46,453 nucleotides of DNA, taken from Verrucomicrobiia bacterium. GTDB taxonomy: Bacteria > Patescibacteriota > UBA1384 > CAILIB01. Under the pieces are notes generated by a model that did no database searches, was not told the origin of the DNA, and worked only from the letters and a program-made list of their open reading frames with translations. Below, in pieces: positions 39,806 through 46,453 of the stretch. The stretch covers positions 1-46,453 of the forward strand of contig DATHWI010000120.1 of NCBI GenBank assembly GCA_035460805.1. The letters are read 5' to 3'. The translations under genes were made by a program, and so were the position numbers. Numbering within the stretch: position 1 is the first letter of the stretch; the number at the start of each line of letters is the position of its first letter.

Positions 39806-40558
39806 GTGGATTTACCTGAATACCTCAAAAAACTCGGTCTTGGAGCCAAAGAAGCCCGTACGTACCTGGCCTGTCTTGAGCTTGGGGAATCCAATATTGT
39901 CCCTATTGCTGAGAAGGTTAAGCTTCCCCGCACCTCAGTGGCCTACCTCTTAGAGAAGCTCCAAGAAGAGGGCCTCATTGAGATTCTGGAGCGCCGGGGC
40001 CGCAAGCACTACATTCCGTATCCCCCGCGGAACATCCTTACTAAGTTTAAGGAGAAGGAAGAGCAGGCTAAGGAGCATAGCGCCTCGTTTGCCCAACTTG
40101 TCCCAGAGCTGAACCGGTTATACGAAAACACGCCCCACCAGCCAAAGGTGCGCATCTTTAAGGGTGAAGAGCTGCGGGACATCTATGAGGAAATGCTCAA
40201 CACCAAGCCAAAAGAAATCTGTTACGTAGGAAGTACCAAGCAGATTGAAGAGGTGGTGGGTGCCCGCTTTCTCCAGGATTGGGTAAAGCGCCGGGCGGCT
40301 GCCGGTATCTGGACCCGCGCCATTAGGGTAAAGAGCGAGGAACCTAAGGACTCGGTGTATGCCGCCGGTAAAGAGGGGCAGCGGGATGTCCGTTACGCCC
40401 CTACCGGGTTTAAGAGCCCTGCTAATATCCTCATCTATGGCGATACGGTTGTAGTAGTCACTACTGCAAAGGAGAGTTTTGGTGTAGTGACCACCTCCCC
40501 AGATTACGCCACCAGTATGCAGAGTTGGTTTGAGGAGCTGTGGGAAAAGTGTGCATAA
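39806..40558 (+). CDS. TrmB-family transcriptional regulator (paralog 3)
   Basis: LKKLGLGAKEARTYLACLELGESNIVPIAEKVKLPRTSVAYLLEKLQEEGLI. GTG start. Confidence 0.85.
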   Translation: MDLPEYLKKLGLGAKEARTYLACLELGESNIVPIAEKVKLPRTSVAYLLEKLQEEGLIEILERRGRKHYIPYPPRNILTKFKEKEEQAKEHSASFAQLVPELNRLYENTPHQPKVRIFKGEELRDIYEEMLNTKPKEICYVGSTKQIEEVVGARFLQDWVKRRAAAGIWTRAIRVKSEEPKDSVYAAGKEGQRDVRYAPTGFKSPANILIYGDTVVVVTTAKESFGVVTTSPDYATSMQSWFEELWEKCA

Positions 40559-40559
40559 G

Positions 40560-40587
40560 AAAAAAGGGAGCCAGTTGGCTCCCTTTT
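40560..40587. terminator. Bidirectional rho-independent terminator
   Basis: AAAAAA-GGGAGCCAGUUGGCUCCC-UUUU lies between convergent genes. Confidence 0.8.
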
Positions 40588-40624
40588 GGGTTCATCAATC
40601 TCTCGGTTAGGGTTCATTGCACCC

Positions 40625-40852
40625 TCAGGCCGACCACGCGTCTCTTTTGGATCTCGGCATCCACTCACCCTTTTCGTTGAACAGGGGGTGGGTCAGGCTT
40701 ACCGTTCCTATGACCGTGATGATCACAACCTGGAGATAAGACAGGTTAAAACCAAGGAGGTTCAGGACAAGGGTCGAAATCCCGATGCGGGTTACGATCC
40801 AGAGGACGTCGACGATTGTTAAGGGCTTATTGGTTTTTGTGTTTACTAGCAT
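40625..40852 (-). CDS. Small two-TM membrane protein (75 aa)
   Basis: The ATG has GGTGAAGGA upstream. There are two hydrophobic helices. Confidence 0.55.
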   Translation of the reverse strand: MLVNTKTNKPLTIVDVLWIVTRIGISTLVLNLLGFNLSYLQVVIITVIGTVSLTHPLFNEKGEWMPRSKRDAWSA

Positions 40853-40909
40853 GTTTTTCCTTCACCTTTTTTGGTGATGCGGCTATTAAACTCTATAAAT
40901 GCGTTTTTG

Positions 40910-40938
40910 TTGACTATCTCGCCACATTATTGTATAAT
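40910..40938 (+). promoter_or_regulatory. Sigma70-like promoter for TrmB paralog 4
   Basis: TTGACT-N17-TATAAT. The ~57-nt leader contains a TGTCGA half-site at 40971-40976. Confidence 0.65.
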
Positions 40939-40995
40939 TTAACAGATCTAAATTAGAAATATTAATAGTTTGTCGAGAATTATCCACGATATAAT

Positions 40996-41718
40996 ATGAG
41001 CATAGAACGCCTCCTTTCCAGCTTTGGGCTCCGTGAAAAGAAAGCCGCTGTATACCAGGCAGTCCTGGAGCGCGGCTCTTCTACCGTGCTTCCCCTCGCC
41101 CAACGGGCAGGGATTAACCGGACTACTGCATACGATATCCTTGAAGACCTTCAGATCAGAGGCTTGGTTATCTATAAGGAGATCCGGGGCCGTCGCTACT
41201 ACCAGGCTACTGACCCCCGCCGGTTTAAGCACATCTTGGAACAGCAGCAGAAAGAGGTTGAGCAGTCCCTCCCCGAGCTCCTTGCACTCTATAAGCCGTC
41301 AAAAGAGAAACCAGCCACCCGCTTCTTTGAAGGCAAGGAGGAAATTGCCCTTATTTACCAGGAATTACTCAAAGCATCGTCTATCGATGCATATGGCGAT
41401 TTCACCCGTATCAACTCCTTTTACCCTGATTTTCCCAAGTACGTGCAGCAGCAGATCAACCGTGGCATTAAGATCAGGGATCTCGTACCCTTTGGCACCA
41501 AGTTGGATGAACTCTCTTCCCAGTACCGGTCGCCAAAGCAGGAACTTCGCTACCTACCAAAAGATATGAACCTGGAAACGGATACCATTATCTTTGGCGA
41601 CTCTGTAGCGTTTATCTCTTTTGGTGAGACTGTGCACGGGCTGATTGTAGATAGTAAGGCCATCACCGCCACTCAGCGGAGGCTATTTGAGAATCTCTGG
41701 GAAATAGCCAAGGCTTAA
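40996..41718 (+). CDS. TrmB-family transcriptional regulator (paralog 4)
   Basis: LSSFGLREKKAAVYQAVLERGSSTVLPLAQRAGINRTTAYDILEDLQIRGLV. Confidence 0.85.
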   Translation: MSIERLLSSFGLREKKAAVYQAVLERGSSTVLPLAQRAGINRTTAYDILEDLQIRGLVIYKEIRGRRYYQATDPRRFKHILEQQQKEVEQSLPELLALYKPSKEKPATRFFEGKEEIALIYQELLKASSIDAYGDFTRINSFYPDFPKYVQQQINRGIKIRDLVPFGTKLDELSSQYRSPKQELRYLPKDMNLETDTIIFGDSVAFISFGETVHGLIVDSKAITATQRRLFENLWEIAKA

Positions 41719-41767
41719 ACCAGGTTTCTGACAGCCTGAATTTCTCCTATTGGTATACAATAATGCC

Positions 41768-43891
41768 ATGGATCACGAGTCATTCAGCCGCATCCCCCCT
41801 TCACCAGAGGAGAGTAAGGTAGCCGAGACGGCCGTACGCACCCCCGAAGAGGAGCGTGCCTTTTTCGAACGCCTCCAATCCATTATTCGAACAATTTCGG
41901 AACGCCCCGACTTAGTGGTCACCACTAAGATGTCCCCCGACATACAAGCCCAGATGCAAGCCGAGGGCAAAGATCCGAACGATGCTTGGTACCTGTATAC
42001 GGAATACGACCGAGTAAGCCGTAAGCCAATCCGCCAACACGTGCGTGTCCCCGAGCAGATAGTGGATTCACCCGACTTTGCGCGAGGTGCTGCAGCCCAC
42101 GAAGCAGGACACGTACTTATTACGCGATATGGTGAATTTGTACCCAGGGCGGTCATGCAGGAACTTGGCTTTCACTCGTTAATGGCAGCAGCCGAGGAGC
42201 GGCCTACTGACCATGTGGTCCGGGAACGTTACGAGGGAGCCGGAGCCTGGGTGGACACTACCCGTAAGGAGTTAATTGCCAAGGCGGGAGTACCGGACCC
42301 TACCTCGAAGCTGTTCCCGCAAGCCCCACGCTTTGCCCAGCTGTGTGATTTGATTGTATTCGACCGATATCACGAGGAAGAAGCGAAAGCCGCTTACTAC
42401 AGCGAAGAGGCCCTTGCTGCCTACGCCAAAATTGATCCCGTGGTGCGAAAAATTGAATCAACACTACCTGCCCCCGGTTCGAGTGAGAAGGAAGTGCGCA
42501 ATAAGGCCATTGAGCGGTACCAAATAGTATATCGAGAACTCTGGCCCATCCTTAAGCCAATGATGGAACAGGACCGGCAAGAGCAGGCCGAGCGCAACTT
42601 GCTTGAAGAAGAGCATGCTGACCATATCCCACAAACTGCAGCCGAGGCTATCGAGCGGATCCTAGACGAAGCCCTTACAGCCGATGGGGAACAAATGCAG
42701 GAACTTTCCCGTGAATTGGTTGAAATTCTCAAGGAAATTTTCGCTATGCTGCCACGCGAGGTGCAAGAAGAACTCCTTCGTCAGGCAACGGAAGAAATGG
42801 AACGGATTGAGGACGAGATTGTAAATGGTTTTGATGCCCGCCTTACCGAAAACCCACCCCTCACCCACTCACAGGTAAAACGCGTCGATGAAATAGAACG
42901 CACGGAAGCTAAACGAAGAGAAGACATTCGCAAAGCAGAAGAAGAAAGGGAGCGGCTCGCACAACCACTCGAGGCGATAGAAATTGGGGGTTCATTAGGT
43001 GAGTATGAACAAGCCTACTCGGCGGTCCGCGAGCTAGACGAGGAGCTGTACGCACGGTTGAGCGAGATTCTGTACCCGAACATTAGAAAGGACGTTAAGC
43101 TCCGTTCAAGTGGCGGCAAACTTAACCTTCCCGCCGTATTCAGGTGGAAAGCCCAGCGAGCCGCAGGAAACACAGGAAACGACAAGATATTCGAGTCAGT
43201 CATTACCCCTGAAGCAAAAGACTATGCATTCGAAATCTTAGTCGACCTTTCAGGCTCCATGAGCCAATCAGGCTACGACGACGATGATGACTATTACGAT
43301 GACGGTGAATATGACAATGAGAAGCCACCAGAGAAGAAACACCTCAGGAAAGTTGATGAGGCATTACGTGCGGTAGCCCTACTCTCTGAAGTACTTGAGC
43401 GCCTGGGTGTCCCGTTTGAGGTCACGGGCTACCAAAACATAGCCTTCACCCTTAAGTCATTTGAAACAGAGTTAGATGACAACTCAAGGACAAGCCTCGG
43501 CTCAATACCGCTTGAGGTCGAAAGTGAGAACCCAGGCGGCAACAACAGGTCGGGCAGCAATAACGATGGCCCCTGTCTCATGACGGCAGCCGCATCGCTG
43601 GCAGCCCAACAAAACAAAAAGAAGTTCCTCCTTGTCCTCTCAGACGGGTTGCCAACCGGTGGAGGGACCATAAATGGGGAGCGCCTCGATCCATACCAAG
43701 CACTGACGCAGGCTGTGGCCCACATCAGCAGCCAAGAAGATATCCACTTGGTTGGCATTGGCGTAGGAGAAGGAACTGACCACGTCGCTAATTACTACCC
43801 TACTGCCCTTCCCAATATCCGCGCAGAAGTATTGGCGGAGCAGCTTGGCGCACTCCTGGAAGACATTATTCTCCGGCCAGAAGCATACTAA
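41768..43891 (+). CDS. HExxH-motif protein with a Glu/Arg-rich helical linker and a C-terminal vWA (MIDAS) domain, CobT/NorD/CbbO-like
   Basis: AAAHEAGHVL (42098-42112), MIDAS VDLSGSMS (43244-43258), an acidic insert DDDDDYYDDGEYD, and LLVLSDGLP. The first ATG is at 41768 (the ORF opens at TTG 41750). There is no clear SD. Confidence 0.85.
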   Translation: MDHESFSRIPPSPEESKVAETAVRTPEEERAFFERLQSIIRTISERPDLVVTTKMSPDIQAQMQAEGKDPNDAWYLYTEYDRVSRKPIRQHVRVPEQIVDSPDFARGAAAHEAGHVLITRYGEFVPRAVMQELGFHSLMAAAEERPTDHVVRERYEGAGAWVDTTRKELIAKAGVPDPTSKLFPQAPRFAQLCDLIVFDRYHEEEAKAAYYSEEALAAYAKIDPVVRKIESTLPAPGSSEKEVRNKAIERYQIVYRELWPILKPMMEQDRQEQAERNLLEEEHADHIPQTAAEAIERILDEALTADGEQMQELSRELVEILKEIFAMLPREVQEELLRQATEEMERIEDEIVNGFDARLTENPPLTHSQVKRVDEIERTEAKRREDIRKAEEERERLAQPLEAIEIGGSLGEYEQAYSAVRELDEELYARLSEILYPNIRKDVKLRSSGGKLNLPAVFRWKAQRAAGNTGNDKIFESVITPEAKDYAFEILVDLSGSMSQSGYDDDDDYYDDGEYDNEKPPEKKHLRKVDEALRAVALLSEVLERLGVPFEVTGYQNIAFTLKSFETELDDNSRTSLGSIPLEVESENPGGNNRSGSNNDGPCLMTAAASLAAQQNKKKFLLVLSDGLPTGGGTINGERLDPYQALTQAVAHISSQEDIHLVGIGVGEGTDHVANYYPTALPNIRAEVLAEQLGALLEDIILRPEAY

Positions 43892-43893
43892 CG

Positions 43894-44063
43894 AAAAAAG
43901 CCCCCCACACGGGGAGGGCTAGAAATGTTTGTGAGTTTGGGTTCTCCACCGGATTGGCTACCAGAGTGCACCATGGCTAGGTGCGGGGAAAACCCTACGA
44001 GTGACAAGGGCGGGATATTCGCATCCCGCACAACAGAACTTGATTATTAAATCAAATTTTGAT
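43894..44063 (-). ncRNA. Candidate small RNA, copy 1 (~170 nt)
   Basis: It runs from the predicted TSS, 7 nt after the -10 at 44070-44075, to the minus-strand terminator GCCCUCCCCGUGUGGGGGGC-UUUUUU (43894-43919). It contains the conserved core with two UAGCCA-loop hairpins. The ends are approximate. Confidence 0.5.
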
Positions 44064-44069
44064 GATGAG

Positions 44070-44098
44070 ATACTAACATCTTTTCGCCAAAATGTCAA
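44070..44098 (-). promoter_or_regulatory. Sigma70-like promoter of sRNA copy 1
   Basis: Minus strand reads TTGACA-N17-TAGTAT. Confidence 0.6.
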
Positions 44099-44177
44099 GA
44101 AGCTATGGAGCGTGGCTTTTTCGAAAGCTGACGTTACCCATGGAGGGTACTATTCTCCGGCCAGAAGCGTACCAAAG

Positions 44178-44328
44178 AAAAAAGCCTCCTTATTTAAGGA
44201 GGCTGTGAATTCGGACTTATGTTCAGTCTTCCACCGGATTGGCTACCAGAGTGCACCATGGCTAGGCGCGGGAACACTTACGATGACGAGACGAGATGTG
44301 GGCCATCTCTTACATACCACATTTTGAT
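44178..44328 (-). ncRNA. Candidate small RNA, copy 2 (~151 nt)
   Basis: It runs from the predicted TSS after the -10 at 44335-44340 to the minus-strand terminator GCCUCCUU-AAAU-AAGGAGGC-UUUUUU (44178-44203). The ends are approximate. Confidence 0.5.
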
Positions 44329-44334
44329 GATGGG

Positions 44335-44363
44335 ATAGTAACACGTTTTCGCTAAAATGTCAA
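44335..44363 (-). promoter_or_regulatory. Sigma70-like promoter of sRNA copy 2
   Basis: Minus strand reads TTGACA-N17-TACTAT. Confidence 0.6.
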
Positions 44364-44463
44364 TGGGTTATGGGGTTTTTAGCTATCCTCAGGGATTAAC
44401 CCTACCTGTAGAGAGGTAAAAACTTTTCGCTCAGAGGCGGCGCCTGCTACACTAAAGCTACAT

Positions 44464-44862
44464 ATGGATGAAACATTGAAGGAAAAATTGCAGGATTACC
44501 TAGAGGGGCTTTCCTCAATCCACCTCGCCGACCATGTCGCCTTGGGAGCGGTTGTCTTCCCTGGCCACTTCCGACCAGAAGTGAACAGCAACGTTCGTGA
44601 AGCAGGCATCCCTGTAGAAGAACTGAACCATTTCGACCATTCCTTCTCCAGGCCGGTTGTTGAGTCGGCACTTAGGCAAGGCGAAGCCATTGCCCTTAAT
44701 TGCTCCAGTGAGCCCCAAGCCTCCTTCCTGTCATTTCTTCGCTCAAACCTAGATACTGTCACAGCCCAGTTCAACGGTACCGTACTTCTCCTCCTTTCGG
44801 ATGAGCAGTATGCCCACCTTCCCCTGCAGGAAGAACTTACATCCGTCTGTTCCCTCGCATGA
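44464..44862 (+). CDS. Hypothetical protein (132 aa), translationally coupled to the AAA+ gene
   Basis: ATG start. Its stop overlaps the next start (ATGA). Confidence 0.65.
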   Translation: MDETLKEKLQDYLEGLSSIHLADHVALGAVVFPGHFRPEVNSNVREAGIPVEELNHFDHSFSRPVVESALRQGEAIALNCSSEPQASFLSFLRSNLDTVTAQFNGTVLLLLSDEQYAHLPLQEELTSVCSLA

Positions 44863-46453
44863 GTACAGGCAACTTTGAACGCCCTTCTCTGCCATCTGCA
44901 GAAATTGAGCCAACCCAGCGGTTTGAAAAGCCACACGTACTTCAAGACGTGACGTTTGAAGTACGTCCCAAAGGAGCGAACAAGTTTGAGTACCGAAGCA
45001 GTTCTCCAGACAGGAAACTGGTTGTCCTCTCCCTAGACAGCGACCCGCCCGTTACTGGCATGATTTATGACGTGGAGGTCATAGACGACAGTGCACCGGA
45101 CAACCCAATGGGAGGGAAATATACGGTACGGCTGTACTTTGGCAGTGGGGAAGAATTGGACGGACAAGAACTCCCCTTACCCTTAGTTGAGAACCAAACT
45201 GAGCAGCAACCCCGCAAGCCCCGCCCACTAGAGGTTAGCCCAGACGGTGAGACGCTCTATGTCCTCTCCACCGAGATACCGTACAACCAAGAGGGCGGCA
45301 CCCGGGTGCCGTCTCGGGAGCGCTTCACCCACTTCATGTTAGATGAGCGGACACTTCGTACAATCGAGAAGGTCGCCACCGCAGTAGAACTGCAGCAACC
45401 ATGTCTCCTGGAAGGTGAGACTGCTGCGTCTAAGACCAGCTCCATCGAGTACCTGGCCATGGCGTCAAACCATAATGTCATCCGCGTCAACCTTAATGGC
45501 CAGACAGACACCTCCGAACTTATTGGTAAGTTTGTACCGAACGACGGCAGGCTTGAGATAGAGTTTTCCCAAGCACTAGCGAGTGAGCATCTCATTGGTG
45601 ACGAATCACGTGCCATTATTACTGCCGCCCAGGAAGATGGTCGCGCACTTACGCTCTTGGAATGTCAGAAAATCGCCCATAACGAGCAGATTGAGATCCC
45701 AGAATGGCGCTGGAAAGACGGTGTAGTGCCGGAAGCTATGAGATCTGGCGCCTGGCTCATCTTAGATGAGATCAACCTTGCGGAACCTCAAATCCTAGAG
45801 CGCCTGAACTCCGTACTTGAAAAAGACCCTTCGCTTTTTCTTTCAGAAAATGGCGGCGCAACTATCGGCCCAGAAGGAGATCTACCAACGCACGAGAATT
45901 TCCGCATTTTTGGCACCATGAACCCTGCTAGCTATGCGGGGCGTTCAGCCATGTCTCCTGCCTATAAAGACCGCTGGACCAGCTACATGTACGTTCCTTC
46001 CCCTGGCGAGGGTGACTACCTGGATATGATGAAGCTGCTTGTCTACGGTATCCAGCCGCAGGTCACCATAGACGGCACTGCTTACAAAGAAGATGACCGA
46101 GAGCCAGAGTATCCCCAGTTGTCGGAAATTGAGAATCTCCCTATTTTTCTAGCCCGACTAGCCAAGTTCCAGATAACAATCGAGGAGATGGCACGCGTGG
46201 GAACCATAGGTCGCACACGCAAGGAAAAGTACGTATTCACTCGCCGCGGGTTGCTAGAGATGCTCAATTACGCCGAGAACAAGAGCTTACTTGATCGCTC
46301 CAGTGGTAAGCGCGTGACAGTAGCCGACGACCCTCAGCGCATCCTCTCCAAAGCGGTTACGTACTACTTCTTGGATAAAATCACTGATTCGGATGACCGG
46401 AAGAAGGTGCAGGACCAGCTTGATGCAATTGGCCTCCTTTCCAATAGTTGGCT
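44859..46453 (+). CDS. AAA_5 (MoxR/CbbQ/NorQ/midasin-like) ATPase, 3'-truncated by the window end
   Basis: The frame is open from ATG 44859 to the window end. It is absent from the ORF track because no stop is reached. Walker A-like LLEGETAASKTS (45414-45437), Walker B WLILDEINLAEPQILERLNSVLE (45756-45776) and FRIFGTMNP. There is a ~185-aa N-terminal extension. Confidence 0.85.
   Translation, partial: MSTGNFERPSLPSAEIEPTQRFEKPHVLQDVTFEVRPKGANKFEYRSSSPDRKLVVLSLDSDPPVTGMIYDVEVIDDSAPDNPMGGKYTVRLYFGSGEELDGQELPLPLVENQTEQQPRKPRPLEVSPDGETLYVLSTEIPYNQEGGTRVPSRERFTHFMLDERTLRTIEKVATAVELQQPCLLEGETAASKTSSIEYLAMASNHNVIRVNLNGQTDTSELIGKFVPNDGRLEIEFSQALASEHLIGDESRAIITAAQEDGRALTLLECQKIAHNEQIEIPEWRWKDGVVPEAMRSGAWLILDEINLAEPQILERLNSVLEKDPSLFLSENGGATIGPEGDLPTHENFRIFGTMNPASYAGRSAMSPAYKDRWTSYMYVPSPGEGDYLDMMKLLVYGIQPQVTIDGTAYKEDDREPEYPQLSEIENLPIFLARLAKFQITIEEMARVGTIGRTRKEKYVFTRRGLLEMLNYAENKSLLDRSSGKRVTVADDPQRILSKAVTYYFLDKITDSDDRKKVQDQLDAIGLLSNSW

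Larger units (their letters stand above)
43867..44150. repeat. Tandem direct repeat, unit 1 (~284 bp; begins inside the last 25 nt of the vWA CDS)
   Basis: Blocks shared with unit 2: TATTCTCCGGCCAGAAGC; a 36-nt identical core CCACCGGATTGGCTACCAGAGTGCACCATGGCTAGG (43946-43981 and 44231-44266); and ATTTTGATGATG..TTTTCGC.AAAATGTCAA. Confidence 0.9.
44151..44390. repeat. Tandem direct repeat, unit 2 (right end approximate)
   Basis: Same block order as unit 1, with 20 nt fewer in the variable segment. Homology fades after ~44390. Confidence 0.85.

Noticed and set aside
43930-43990. A conserved micro-ORF in the sRNA core (minus strand MVHSGSQSGG...; plus strand MAR(C/R)G...).
   Set aside because: No SD precedes either ATG. 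The two copies diverge immediately after the nucleotide-identical core, so conservation is at the RNA/DNA level rather than in a reading frame.
44001-44327. The 108-aa plus-strand ORF across the tandem repeat.
   Set aside because: It has a GTG start with no SD. It reads through two terminator hairpins and the repeat junction, and it is not conserved between the two repeat units.
43867-44390. A CRISPR array or minisatellite.
   Set aside because: There are only two units of ~284 bp, and each has promoter and terminator content. No short repeat-spacer periodicity is present.
1-46453. tRNA genes, rRNA fragments, IS elements or prophage genes, and an alternative genetic code.
   Set aside because: I found no T-loop-like GGTTCGAATCC or GGTTCAAATCC (or their complements) outside CDS. 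I found no transposase, integrase or phage structural motifs. TGA, TAA and TAG all terminate motif-bearing genes at positions followed by terminators, which is consistent with the standard code.

Overview
This is a 46.4-kb bacterial chromosomal segment read with the standard genetic code. All three stop codons are used and Shine-Dalgarno sites are common. I support about 55 protein-coding genes. I found no rRNA, tRNA, CRISPR array, transposase or integrase. Many genes are single transcription units with a TTGACA-N17-TAnnAT-type promoter and a clean hairpin terminator. The content includes four TrmB-family regulators, many small orphan genes, fused CoA-pathway enzymes, a CCA-adding enzyme, TerC and DUF1003. 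This suggests an uncultivated, possibly small-genome (CPR/Patescibacteria-like) bacterium, but that is inference only. All family assignments come from motifs read by eye; no searches were run. Main points: (1) 6950-10491 (-) is a tightly coupled four-gene ubiquitin-like conjugation cassette. It encodes a 601-aa protein with a C-terminal E2/UBC-like domain, a complete JAMM/JAB peptidase, a minimal 229-aa ThiF-type E1 and a 76-aa beta-grasp protein ending in GN. An upstream AhpD-like gene may be co-transcribed with it. I regard this as the best candidate for an undescribed system. (2) 43894-44363 (-) holds two tandem paralogous small-RNA candidates, each with its own consensus promoter and minus-strand-only terminator. 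They share a core that folds into two hairpins with UAGCCA loops. (3) 41768 to the window end holds an HExxH-vWA(MIDAS) protein plus an AAA_5/MoxR-type ATPase with an atypical Walker A, preceded by two TrmB regulators. (4) 37.9-39.7 kb carries a repeat family of leader and trailer elements flanking unrelated genes, plus a ~440-nt structured non-coding tract. (5) Other notable items are a CoaD-kinase fusion, a CoaB-like/class II aldolase-like fusion, an AAC(3)-I-like acetyltransferase and an APH-like kinase.
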